From Candidatus Omnitrophota bacterium (lineage in GTDB: Bacteria > Omnitrophota > Gorgyraeia > Duberdicusellales > Duberdicusellaceae): a stretch of DNA of 64,000 nt. How positions within the stretch are numbered: position 1 is the stretch's first letter; each line of letters starts with the position of its first letter. Position numbers and translations under genes: made by a program. The notes below the pieces were generated by a model. That model was given only the letters and a program-made list of their open reading frames with translations, ran no database searches and was not told the origin of the DNA. This document shows positions 1 to 9,586 of this stretch, one piece after another. Location: contig JAGGSQ010000069.1 in assembly GCA_021159015.1 (NCBI GenBank), forward strand, positions 1,332-65,331, written 5' to 3'.

Positions 1-821
1 TATCTCCTCCGCAACCTTTTCCCACATCTGACCAGGACCATATTTAGGATAAAGAAACTGTTCTATAAGACTTGTTTCAATCTCTCTTTGTGCGATAGAT
101 TTAGAAGAAGAGAATAATTTCTTGAAGATATGGAGAATTGTTTTTACAATAGAAAGCCCTCTTACCCGTTGCGCTCCCCAATCGGCTTTGATTTCACGGC
201 AGGGAACCCCCATACCTTTTCCGTGTAGTTCTCGAAGAAGATTTTGTAGAGTTTTCTCCCGAAGCGGTTGACAAAAAAATCTTCCAAAGATTTTTCCGGT
301 TTGACAGGGAAAAGATAAACCCACCAATAGCTAATGCCGATTTTCAATATTCTTGTTATTCCGAGATTTTTTAATATTTCAAAACTTAACGTGATAGGAT
401 AATTGAACAACTTTCCGAGAAACAATATCCGTGAAAAACGTTTTCTTACAAGCATCACCGCATCAGTCATCTCTGGATCCGGAGCAGGAAATGCATATTC
501 CTTTCTTCCTCTGAGAGGCCTGTGTCGTCCCTCCTTAGCGAGAGGAATATTTCTGTTCAGTAAGATATCATCGCGTGATGGTTTCCCTTGAAGAGGCAAG
601 ATGTTTTGCCACCATTGCATAACCCGCTCAGATTTAGAAAAGAATCGATGCCCTCCGATATCAATTCGGTTTCCCTTATAGTTGATAGTTCTAGAAATTC
701 CTCCAATATCAGCAGTAGCTTCATAGATAACAATCTCAAAATCTGTCCGATCCAGTAACTCATAGGCAGCTGTTAATCCTGCTGGACCCGCCCCAATAAT
801 TACAGCTACTTTTCTACCCAT
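1..821 (-). pseudogene. FAD-dependent oxidoreductase (HemY/UDP-galactopyranose-mutase-like), frameshifted near 207-211, runs off the window edge
   Basis: N-terminal GAGPAG dinucleotide motif and DIGGHRFFS. After KVWG the family-like sequence continues in another frame as (V)[18 protein letters not shown]...[13 protein letters not shown] to position 1. Confidence 0.75.
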
Positions 822-997
822 AGTTGATTTCGTACATTTAAAATATCCCTACTATGTATTTCTGTAAACTTAAGAATACAACAATAATTCTAATCGTGCA
901 ATCTATCTTTTTCTATCCTTCATATGAGAGAAATATGCGAGTAAAACATTTCCTTTTTCTATAATTTATGCAATAAAAATAAAGGTGCAGTTGAATT

Positions 998-1026
998 TTG
1001 ACAAAATTATCCGGCTATGGTAGACT
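998..1026 (+). promoter_or_regulatory. sigma70-type promoter of ftsH
   Basis: TTGACA-17 nt-TAGACT with extended -10 TG. Confidence 0.7.
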
Positions 1027-1035
1027 GATTTGGTT

Positions 1036-2712
1036 ATGACTAAAAAACAGATTAAAATATTTATCAAGCTCTACTGGATAAGAATACTGATAATTCTTGC
1101 TGCTTTTTTGTTTCTTGCCGCTGTAGGCATACTTTTAGTAGTGGGCTTAAGAAACTTTTTTACTCTTGAGTCATTCTACAAAAAAATGACCCTGGCCAGT
1201 ATCCCCTTACAGCTTTTTATCAGCATATTCTATACTCTCATGTTTGTTACTTTCATCCACCTTTTCAATGTTTGGTTCTATGCCGGAGGAGGAATGGCCA
1301 AAATGGGCCAGAAAAAAATAAAAAGCACCAAAGTCAACGTTAAATGGGAAGACGTCATTGGCATGGAATCAGTAAAACGAGAGGTTCTGGAAGTAATAAA
1401 GCTAATTAAGGATCGCTCTCAACTGAAGGAAGTAGGGGGAAAAATCATCAAAGGGGTATTAATGATCGGACCTCCCGGATGCGGCAAGACTTACCTGGCT
1501 AAAGCTATTGCTACCGAAACCGGCCTGCCTTTTTTAGCCAGTGTAGGAAGTGAATTTCAAGGTATCTTTGTAGGATTAGGTTCTTCCCGTATTCGTTCTC
1601 TATTTAAGCAGGCAAGAAACTTAGCTGAGATTTACGGAGGCTGTATAATTTTTATGGATGAAATCGACACTATCGCCCGTCCCCGCGTGGGTGTATCCGG
1701 ATTTGGTGCCGGTATGGATTATAATGCTACGGTAAATCAATTACTTACTGAACTGGACGGCCTAAAGCAGAGTGAGAGCAACATTGTAGTAATTGCCGCT
1801 ACTAATGTTTCTGAAAACGAGCTGGACGAAGCACTAATGAGGCCGGGAAGATTTGACCGTAAAATTTATGTAGGCAAACCTCCTCTGGAAGATAGAAAAA
1901 AACTTTTTGAATACTATCTGAAAAAAACCCGCTATGATAAAAGTATTAATCTGGAAGTACTTGCTAAACGCACAGTAGGTTTCTCGGCTGCTGATATTGC
2001 TAATATGGTAAGAGAAGCATCAATGGTTACTATAAGAAATAACCGTCAAGTTATAACCATGAAAGACCTCTCAGAAAGCTATGACCGCGTAGTATTTGGA
2101 CTTAAATCAGAAATAGTATTAAGCGAAAAAGAAAAACGCTGGACTGCTTATCATGAAGCAGGCCACGCTATAATCGCTTATATCACCCATCCCACGGATG
2201 ATGTAATTAAAGCTTCCATCATCCCCCGCAAAGGTGCCTTAGGATATGTAGGACACAGGCCTTCGGAAGAAATACATACCTACACTCGGGAATGGTTTCT
2301 GGCTAATATTAAAACAGCTCTGGGAAGTTATGTAGCAGAGAAACTCAAGTTTGGTACAACTTCTTCCGGCGTAGATGAAGATTTCACCCAGGCTCTGTCC
2401 TTAGCTTATGATATGGTCTGGCGCTTCGGCATGGGTGACTCAGGCATAGTAGGCAATTTCGGCCGCCTCACCCATAAACAAAACCCCTGGGCTATAAATA
2501 TATCAGACAAAACCAAAGAAAAATTAGACGAAGATGTACAGAAAATACTAAACCAATGTCTAAAAGAAGTAGAAGAAATTTTAACCCGCGAAAGAGAGCT
2601 ATTAGAATATTTTGCCCAAAAACTTTTAGAGAAGGGTGAGCTGGAATACGATGAAATAATAGAGATCTTCAACCAATATGGCAAAGAAAAGCCTCATCGC
2701 AATACTCCTTAG
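1036..2712 (+). CDS. ftsH: FtsH-family ATP-dependent zinc metalloprotease
   Basis: Two N-terminal TM helices, GPPGCGKT Walker A, IIFMDEID Walker B, RPGRFDR, HEAGH zinc motif; ATG at 1036 chosen because it lies downstream of the promoter. Confidence 0.9.
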   Translation: MTKKQIKIFIKLYWIRILIILAAFLFLAAVGILLVVGLRNFFTLESFYKKMTLASIPLQLFISIFYTLMFVTFIHLFNVWFYAGGGMAKMGQKKIKSTKVNVKWEDVIGMESVKREVLEVIKLIKDRSQLKEVGGKIIKGVLMIGPPGCGKTYLAKAIATETGLPFLASVGSEFQGIFVGLGSSRIRSLFKQARNLAEIYGGCIIFMDEIDTIARPRVGVSGFGAGMDYNATVNQLLTELDGLKQSESNIVVIAATNVSENELDEALMRPGRFDRKIYVGKPPLEDRKKLFEYYLKKTRYDKSINLEVLAKRTVGFSAADIANMVREASMVTIRNNRQVITMKDLSESYDRVVFGLKSEIVLSEKEKRWTAYHEAGHAIIAYITHPTDDVIKASIIPRKGALGYVGHRPSEEIHTYTREWFLANIKTALGSYVAEKLKFGTTSSGVDEDFTQALSLAYDMVWRFGMGDSGIVGNFGRLTHKQNPWAINISDKTKEKLDEDVQKILNQCLKEVEEILTRERELLEYFAQKLLEKGELEYDEIIEIFNQYGKEKPHRNTP

Positions 2713-3502
2713 CTGCCTTCTCTTTTCTGCCTGCCGACCCGTAAGTTCCAGTTACAAAAGAGAGAATGTAGAAGCAATTCTCAAGAATATCTGCCAAAAA
2801 GAATTTTCTATCAACGAAATAATCGTGAAAGAAATCAAAGATACTTTCTGGATATACCTGCCTCTTAAAAAATTTGTAGTAGCAAAAGGAAAGCTTGACC
2901 CTGAGGCTAAAAATAAAATTTCTCATATCTTTCTCGCCCTACGCCGCACAATTTTAAGTATGCAAAATCCCCCTAAATTTTACGCATTTGCCATCTCAGA
3001 TATAACTTATGGCTACGATTATATAGAGATAGGCTATGTAGACGATTTGAGAAAACTGGAAATGTTTTACATATCGCGCAATCAACTTTTAGAAAGGACC
3101 GTACGCATAATCCGCTGGGATGAAAATGCCAAAGGAGACCTCCAAGCCGCCCATTTAAAAATGTTTGACATAGATTTTCCTGACTTTCTCTCCTTACTAA
3201 TTGCTCAAAAGATACGCGAGAATCTTAGCCAGGGCCGGCTTGCTTCCTATTACATTCTTGTCTCATCTCAGGGAAAGTTCAACCCTGACACTAAGACAAT
3301 AGAAATACAATACTCCGCCTTTAAGAAAAATGAGGCAGAGAAAGCTCCTTCCTCTTTTCAAGAAGCATTAAAGATTGCTTATTATTTTATTGTTAAAGCG
3401 TATGATTTCGGTGGTTTCAACTATATAGAAATAAAGAATAACTACTCGGGAAAGTCTCGTTATTTAAGTCGTAAGGCTTTCTGGGAATTGAGACTAGATT
3501 GA
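2678..3502 (+). CDS. hypothetical lipoprotein
   Basis: 274-aa ORF with lipobox-like LFSAC, overlapping the end of ftsH. Confidence 0.7.
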   Translation: MAKKSLIAILLSCLLFSACRPVSSSYKRENVEAILKNICQKEFSINEIIVKEIKDTFWIYLPLKKFVVAKGKLDPEAKNKISHIFLALRRTILSMQNPPKFYAFAISDITYGYDYIEIGYVDDLRKLEMFYISRNQLLERTVRIIRWDENAKGDLQAAHLKMFDIDFPDFLSLLIAQKIRENLSQGRLASYYILVSSQGKFNPDTKTIEIQYSAFKKNEAEKAPSSFQEALKIAYYFIVKAYDFGGFNYIEIKNNYSGKSRYLSRKAFWELRLD

Positions 3503-3943
3503 CACAGCGCCTTCCTCTATATCACTATCCTTCTGAGGTAAAGGGAGGGAATGCTTGATCTTTCCTTTAACTTTTATCTCTACGGAAGGGGTTGTGAACG
3601 TTTTGCCTCTATATTTAACTGAGACAGGAGGAAGAGTAAACTCCCCTTCCTTGATAGCTACCAGTTCTAGTTTCATAATTAAACTTATTTCTGTTTTTCC
3701 CCCTCTAATTACATAGTCTTGCTGGCTGCTTTGAGCCATAAGGCGGAAGTTGTGAAACTGAGGAAGTGTAAGTTGAGGCAGCTTCTGGGAGGAAACTTTA
3801 AGAATTATACGGTAGGTAAAACTTTGCCCGACTTTAACTTCCTTTCGGCTTACATTGGCGTCCAGCTTAAAATCCGAACCTTTACTTATAGCTACAGTAG
3901 ATATTCCCAACAAGATAAATAGATATAAAAATCTTCTAAACAA
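3494..3943 (-). CDS. BatD-family (Ig-like) secreted protein
   Basis: Signal peptide, A.VSR.EVKVGQSF.Y.I, G.FTLPPV.V.Y.GKT..T..V.I.V pattern. Confidence 0.7.
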   Translation of the reverse strand: MFRRFLYLFILLGISTVAISKGSDFKLDANVSRKEVKVGQSFTYRIILKVSSQKLPQLTLPQFHNFRLMAQSSQQDYVIRGGKTEISLIMKLELVAIKEGEFTLPPVSVKYRGKTFTTPSVEIKVKGKIKHSLPLPQKDSDIEEGAVSI

Positions 3944-4556
3944 TTTTTACCTTCCTTCCCTTAACTTTTACTCCTCCCGATACAAAATAATTTATCACCT
4001 GAGGAAAAAGACGATGCTCTACTTTGTGGATTTCTTTCTCGAGGCGCTTAAGACTCCAGCCGGGATCAATAGATAAAGCTTCCTGCACAATTATAGGGCC
4101 CCGGTCTACTCTTTCATCTACAATATGCACCGTCACCCCCGTTACTTTTACGCCGTATTTATAGGCTCTCGCTATCGCCTCTTTCCCGCTAAAGGCGGGC
4201 AGAAGAGAAGGATGAATATTAATAATGCGGTTTTTGAACTTGGATATAAGATAAGGAGAAACTACCCTCATAAAACCTGCCAAAACTATCAAGTTTATCT
4301 TTTCTCTTTTTAGAATAGTATAGAGGGCTCTTTCATATTTTTCTTTAGAAGGATAACTGGCGGGAGAGATAAATACCTCTTTCACCCCTAATCTTCTGGC
4401 TCGCTGGCGCACATAGGCATCTTTAATATCAGTAATAAGCAAAGCTATCCTGCTATTCTTTATCTTACCCTCTCTTACTGCCCGAACAATAGCCTCAAAA
4501 TTACTGCCAAAACCCGAAGCAAACACGGCAATATTTACTATCTTTTTCTTAGACAT
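3936..4556 (-). CDS. purN: phosphoribosylglycinamide formyltransferase
   Basis: FASGFGSN, LAGFMRV, NIHPSLLP, GVTVH, D.GPII; start at MSKKK. Confidence 0.95.
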   Translation of the reverse strand: MSKKKIVNIAVFASGFGSNFEAIVRAVREGKIKNSRIALLITDIKDAYVRQRARRLGVKEVFISPASYPSKEKYERALYTILKREKINLIVLAGFMRVVSPYLISKFKNRIINIHPSLLPAFSGKEAIARAYKYGVKVTGVTVHIVDERVDRGPIIVQEALSIDPGWSLKRLEKEIHKVEHRLFPQVINYFVSGGVKVKGRKVKIV

Positions 4557-4833
4557 AACTCTTTTTTTTCCATAATAGCCGTAAAATAAAATAATATAAA
4601 GAGAGAAACAATAAAACGACAAAGAAAGAAACTAAAGGTTGCTGAGTATGCAGAATTAACAATCCCAAAATAAATATGACGGCCGGCAAAAAGAAAAGGA
4701 AAAATATATATCTAAGAAAACTTTGCGGCAGCTCTTTGATGTCAAAAGATATATCGGAAGAATTATAACTACGGCATTTAGAAAAAGCTATACATCTTTT
4801 ACACTCATGCTCTTTAGAAAGAGAGTCATTCAT
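4549..4833 (-). CDS. RseC/MucC-like small membrane protein at the end of the rnf operon
   Basis: CxxCxxxxxC N-terminus followed by two TM helices, directly after rnfB. Confidence 0.5.
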   Translation of the reverse strand: MNDSLSKEHECKRCIAFSKCRSYNSSDISFDIKELPQSFLRYIFFLFFLPAVIFILGLLILHTQQPLVSFFVVLLFLSLYYFILRLLWKKKSYV

Positions 4834-4836
4834 AAT

Positions 4837-5655
4837 TTATACGACTTTTTCCTTTTTTATACAATGAGCAGGACATTTTTCTATAGCTATATTCATCGAG
4901 ACGGGATCTTGTATCTTTTCATAGTCCAAAGAAGAAAGGTTATTCTCTATAACAAAAGGGCTGTCTTTGATTATTTTCGTACATATCCCACCGCCAATGC
5001 ACCCCTCTGCACATTCTTTACGTACCTTTTGCGCTTCTTCCCGGTTATTGCACCCTACCCAGTAAAGATAACCCTCTCTTGTGTAATCTACAAGCTTTAA
5101 CACTCCCTGCGGACATACCGCTACACATTTTCCACAGCCAATACATTTGTGATAATCTACCTTCACTAGTCCCTTTTCTACTTTCAAGGCCCCTACGGGG
5201 CAGACCTTAACGCAATCACCCAGCCCCAAACAGCCATATTTGCAGTCATAAATCCCTCCCGCCAGCCTAGCCGACAAGCAGCTATTTACACCGCGCCAAT
5301 CAAAACTTCTCTTTTTGCTGCCTTCCTCGGCTGAGCACAACACAACTACTTTTTTGGCAGGAGCTTTTGCTGTTGCTTCAATACCTAAAAGTTCTCCTAT
5401 TTTTTTATTAACTGCATCACCTCCTGGAATACAGCCGCCGAAAAGCTTCTTTTCTCTCACCGCCGCTTCGGCAAAAGCTCGACACCCCGCAAAGCCACAG
5501 GCGCCGCAGTTTATGCCGGGAAGAACATCTAAAATTTTTTTTACCCGCTCATCTTGTTTTACCGCTAGAGTCCTATCGGCCAAAGAAAGAACCAGGCCAA
5601 AAAAAAGCCCCATAACCCCCAAACTGATAACTGATACCAACACCCTATCCATCAT
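4837..5655 (-). CDS. rnfB: Rnf complex subunit B
   Basis: N-terminal TM, LPGINCGACGFAGC, ferredoxin CxxCxxCxxxCP motifs. Confidence 0.93.
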   Translation of the reverse strand: MMDRVLVSVISLGVMGLFFGLVLSLADRTLAVKQDERVKKILDVLPGINCGACGFAGCRAFAEAAVREKKLFGGCIPGGDAVNKKIGELLGIEATAKAPAKKVVVLCSAEEGSKKRSFDWRGVNSCLSARLAGGIYDCKYGCLGLGDCVKVCPVGALKVEKGLVKVDYHKCIGCGKCVAVCPQGVLKLVDYTREGYLYWVGCNNREEAQKVRKECAEGCIGGGICTKIIKDSPFVIENNLSSLDYEKIQDPVSMNIAIEKCPAHCIKKEKVV

Positions 5656-6233
5656 CCGCTGATTAAACCGGAGAATCCCATAAAGGCCAAAGCCAATATC
5701 CCCGCCGTAATTAAAACAATAGGTGCGCCCTTGAAAGCAGCAGGAATATCAGAAAAATCCATCTCTTCTCTTATACCAGCCATAGCCACCAAAACCAGCA
5801 TAAACCCCAAGCCAGTGGCAAATCCGAATATTACTGACTGGACAAAATTATATTGGCGCAAAACCATAAATAACGCCAAGCCCAATATAGCACAGTTAGT
5901 AGTAATCAAAGGCAGGTATATTCCCAGAGCCTGGTAGAGAGGAGGGGAATATTTTTTTATAAACATCTCTACTATCTGCACTAAGGAAGCGATAACTAAG
6001 ATAAATACTACATACTCTAGAAACTCAATATGGAACCTGACCAGAATTAAATAATAAAACAGCCAAGTTATGGCAGCGGCTAGACTCATAACAAAAGTAA
6101 CCGCCATACCCATACCTAAAGAAGACTCCAGACGATTAGAAACTCCTAAAAAAGGACAAATGCCCAAAAAATAAGAAAGTACGAAATTGTTTACTAAGAC
6201 GGCACCAATAAAGATTAAAAAGATTTCTTTCAT
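5652..6233 (-). CDS. rnfA: Rnf complex subunit A
   Basis: FLGICPFLGVS, LPLITTNCAILG. Confidence 0.95.
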   Translation of the reverse strand: MKEIFLIFIGAVLVNNFVLSYFLGICPFLGVSNRLESSLGMGMAVTFVMSLAAAITWLFYYLILVRFHIEFLEYVVFILVIASLVQIVEMFIKKYSPPLYQALGIYLPLITTNCAILGLALFMVLRQYNFVQSVIFGFATGLGFMLVLVAMAGIREEMDFSDIPAAFKGAPIVLITAGILALAFMGFSGLISG

Positions 6234-6832
6234 GTCTTAAAGCGTCTCTGTCTATCTAAAAAATTCATAAAAGCCACCACAAAACCTAAAGCAAAGAAGG
6301 CCCCCGCCGGAAGCAGCATAATAATCCAGGGCCGAAAATGTATGATGCCGAGTCTAAAACCAAAGATTGTCCCCCTTCCCAGAATCTCTCTCACAGCTCC
6401 TATTGCCATAAGCCCCCACATAAAGCCCAGGCTCATACCTAAAGCATCTAAGACTGAGTTGCCAACCGAATTGCGGGAAGCAAAGGCTTCCGCCCTTCCT
6501 AAAATAATGCAGTTTACCACGATTAGCGGCACATAAGGGCCAAGTGCGCGGCTGATTTGCGGAAAAAAGGCCTTCAAAGTAATATCAGCAATAGTAACAA
6601 AGGTAGCAATAATTATCGTGTAGACGGCAATTCTTACCTGATGAGGAATCAGACGTTTAATTAAAGCAACCATAAATGAAGAAAAAACCAGTACGAACAA
6701 AACCGCTGTCCCCATAGCAAAACCATTCCGCACTGATGTAGTTATAGCCAAGGTAGGACACATACCCAGAAGCTGGCGTAAATTAGGATGCTCTCTCCAC
6801 AACCCTGCTAAAAATATTGTCTTTTTGCTCAT
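6230..6832 (-). CDS. rnfE: Rnf complex subunit E
   Basis: LGMCPTLA, PLIVVNCIILGRAE. Confidence 0.95.
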   Translation of the reverse strand: MSKKTIFLAGLWREHPNLRQLLGMCPTLAITTSVRNGFAMGTAVLFVLVFSSFMVALIKRLIPHQVRIAVYTIIIATFVTIADITLKAFFPQISRALGPYVPLIVVNCIILGRAEAFASRNSVGNSVLDALGMSLGFMWGLMAIGAVREILGRGTIFGFRLGIIHFRPWIIMLLPAGAFFALGFVVAFMNFLDRQRRFKT

Positions 6833-7377
6833 GGTTGTAATATTTTTCTCACTTTAGTAATTTCCTTATTTAAGATTTCCACCACCGAGCGCGAAGAGAT
6901 AGTGGCTCCGCTAACAGCCTGAATCTCGTTATCCTGCCGGGACTTTCTCTTACTGTATACAATGCGGGGTAGCACCTTTATTCCCCGAAACTGTTTCTTA
7001 AACCAGTTGTCGTTAATATGTGCCCCCAGCCCCGGCGTTTCCGAAGAGGCAATTATCTCTATACCCAATATCTTCTCCAAATTTTTATCTAAACCGCAGA
7101 TTATCTTAATCTCGCCCTGATAGCCATAGCCTTTAGCTAAAAAAGCATAGCCAATTAAGTTTCCCTGTCCATCATAAAGCTTATAAATAGTCTTGCCTGC
7201 TGTTAATTTTTCTTCTACTTTTTTAGCTGCAGGGGCAACGACATATATAGCGCGTTCTATGGCTGCTTTCTCATTGTTCTCTATTCTGGCCTTAGCCAAA
7301 GAAGATACCAGACTCAAGCAAAATGCTGATATTAAAGATGTTACCAGTAAGACCAGAACTATCCTAAAATATTTCAT
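6829..7377 (-). CDS. rnfG: Rnf complex subunit G
   Basis: GYQG, ETPGLG, AVSGATISS flavinylation motif. Confidence 0.93.
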   Translation of the reverse strand: MKYFRIVLVLLVTSLISAFCLSLVSSLAKARIENNEKAAIERAIYVVAPAAKKVEEKLTAGKTIYKLYDGQGNLIGYAFLAKGYGYQGEIKIICGLDKNLEKILGIEIIASSETPGLGAHINDNWFKKQFRGIKVLPRIVYSKRKSRQDNEIQAVSGATISSRSVVEILNKEITKVRKILQP

Positions 7378-8300
7378 CTCCCAAACGCTTTCTCTTTAGT
7401 CAAACGGTTAATCAAAGGCACAAAAGCATTCATAAAGAGAATAGAATACATCACTCCTTCTGGCAACCCACCCCATTTTCTGATTACCATCACCATTACG
7501 CCAATAAGAAAACCAAAGATAAATCTTCCCTTGCGGGTAGTGGGACTGGTTACCGGGTCAGTAACCATAAAGAAAGCTCCCAGCATTATCCCGCCCGCGA
7601 AAAGATGAAACAAAATTGAGCCATTCTGAGGGTTAAGGATTGACAAAATTCCGGCCAGAACACTTACTCCTATAAGCATACCCAAAGGCGCCCGCCAATC
7701 TGCAATTTTACGCCCGATGAGATAAAGACCGCCTATAATTAGGGCCAAAGCCGAAGTCTCTCCTAAACTTCCCGGGATATCTCCCAGGAAAAGATGCGAC
7801 AATTTTGTAAAAACATGATTGAACTTCCATAAAGCCAGAGGCGAAGCAGAAGTAACTGCATCCAGAGTATAAGGCTCAGTCCAACTGGTAAGAAGGGTAG
7901 GAAAAGAAGCTATTAAAAAAGCTCGTCCTACCAGAGCCGGATTAAATATGTTTTGACCCAGACCCCCAAATAATTGCTTACCTACCAAAATAGCCACCAC
8001 CGAACCCAGAAAGGCTACACTTAAAGGCAAAGCAGGAGGTAAAATTAAAGCCAGGAGGAGACCGGTAACTGTAGCACTTCCGTCCCAAAAGCGCTGGGGG
8101 CGGCGACGGAAAAACAGTACTGCTGCTTCGGTAAGATTAGTTCCTAAGACACAGACAGCAATTAATTTTACGGCAAGGAGTTTAAAGAAAATTATGGCGG
8201 CAAAACTTGGCGGCAGAAGAGCTATAACTACCTGCCACATTATATATTTCGTATCGTATCTCGCCTTCTGATGAGGGCTAATTTCTACTAAAAGTCTCAT
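7374..8300 (-). CDS. rnfD: Rnf complex subunit D
   Basis: FGGLGQNIFNPALVGR, GSLGETS, FMVTDPVTSP. Confidence 0.95.
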   Translation of the reverse strand: MRLLVEISPHQKARYDTKYIMWQVVIALLPPSFAAIIFFKLLAVKLIAVCVLGTNLTEAAVLFFRRRPQRFWDGSATVTGLLLALILPPALPLSVAFLGSVVAILVGKQLFGGLGQNIFNPALVGRAFLIASFPTLLTSWTEPYTLDAVTSASPLALWKFNHVFTKLSHLFLGDIPGSLGETSALALIIGGLYLIGRKIADWRAPLGMLIGVSVLAGILSILNPQNGSILFHLFAGGIMLGAFFMVTDPVTSPTTRKGRFIFGFLIGVMVMVIRKWGGLPEGVMYSILFMNAFVPLINRLTKEKAFGR

Positions 8301-9586
8301 GCCAAACTTTTCAGTTTCGCCTTAGCTATTTTTATATAATTAACTAAGGGAATCTTCGCAGGACACACATAAGCACAATTGCCGCATTCAATACAGTCAG
8401 AAACATAGAATCTATCCAAGTCTTTCCACCTCTCTTTCTTTACCAGACGCACAAATTCCAAAGGCATAAGATTCATAGGGCAATTATCAACGCAACGGCC
8501 GCAACGAATACAAACATCTTCCGGCCTCTGATCGATATCAACCTCATCCATAAATAATACTCCTGAAGTCGTCTTAAGAATAGGATAATCCAGACAGTCA
8601 AGGCTCACGCCCATCATCGGCCCACCCATAATAACTTTGCGAGGCTGCTTTCTAAACTGAAGAATTCCTTTCTCAAAAAGCTCAGAAATTAAAGTTCCTA
8701 CGCGCAGACGGAGATTTTTCGGTTCTTTCAAACAAGAACCAGCAAAGGTAACTATTCTTTCAAAAAGCGGCTTGCCCAGATAGGTAGCTTCATAGATAGC
8801 AAAAGTTGTTGCTACATTCTGTACTAATACCCCCACGGAAAAAGGAAGGCCACCCGCCGGAACAATTCTTTTGGTAATATTATAAATAAGCTGCTTCTCC
8901 GCTCCCTGGGGGTAAGAAGATTTTAAAATCTTCACTTTGGCTCTAAAACCAAAGTCTTTGGTATTTATTTTATTATTAATCTTTCTAATAGCTTCCTTTT
9001 TATTATCTTCTATGGCGATAAAAACCTTACGGCAACTAAGAATCTTTACCAGTACTCCCACGCCGCGCAAAAGTTCTTCTGTATACTCAAGCATCAGGCG
9101 GTAATCACAACTCAAGTAAGGCTCGCATTCCGCCCCGTTAATTATTAAAACATCAATATTTTTGGGAGGCAGAAGCTTAATATGAGTAGGGAATCCTGCC
9201 CCACCCATACCCACAATGCCACTTTCCTTTACTATATTTACTAGGCTATCCCTTTCTAAATTCTCCTTTAAATCTCTTACTTCCCAGGCTTTTTCCTCTT
9301 TTAACTCTATGCCTCTAATTACTACCGCCGGAGCTTTAGCGAGAGTAGGATGATTAAAGATTTTGATGTCCTCTACTTTCCCCTCCCGGGAACTATGTAC
9401 CGCAGCGCTTACCTTAGCAGAAACTTGTCCTATAAGCTGACCTAATTTTAGTGCGTCACCTTTTTTAACTACTGCTTTAGCAGGAGCACCTATGTGTTGG
9501 GAAAGAGGAATGAATACTTTATCAGCTACATACGCCTCTATCTTCTGTTCTGCCTGAGGATATTTATAAGGGGCTACTTCTAACAT
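8297..9586 (-). CDS. rnfC: Rnf complex subunit C
   Basis: PLSQHIGAPA, GMGGAGFPTHIK, NGAECEPY, two CxxCxxCxxxCP; start at MLEV. Confidence 0.95.
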   Translation of the reverse strand: MLEVAPYKYPQAEQKIEAYVADKVFIPLSQHIGAPAKAVVKKGDALKLGQLIGQVSAKVSAAVHSSREGKVEDIKIFNHPTLAKAPAVVIRGIELKEEKAWEVRDLKENLERDSLVNIVKESGIVGMGGAGFPTHIKLLPPKNIDVLIINGAECEPYLSCDYRLMLEYTEELLRGVGVLVKILSCRKVFIAIEDNKKEAIRKINNKINTKDFGFRAKVKILKSSYPQGAEKQLIYNITKRIVPAGGLPFSVGVLVQNVATTFAIYEATYLGKPLFERIVTFAGSCLKEPKNLRLRVGTLISELFEKGILQFRKQPRKVIMGGPMMGVSLDCLDYPILKTTSGVLFMDEVDIDQRPEDVCIRCGRCVDNCPMNLMPLEFVRLVKKERWKDLDRFYVSDCIECGNCAYVCPAKIPLVNYIKIAKAKLKSLA

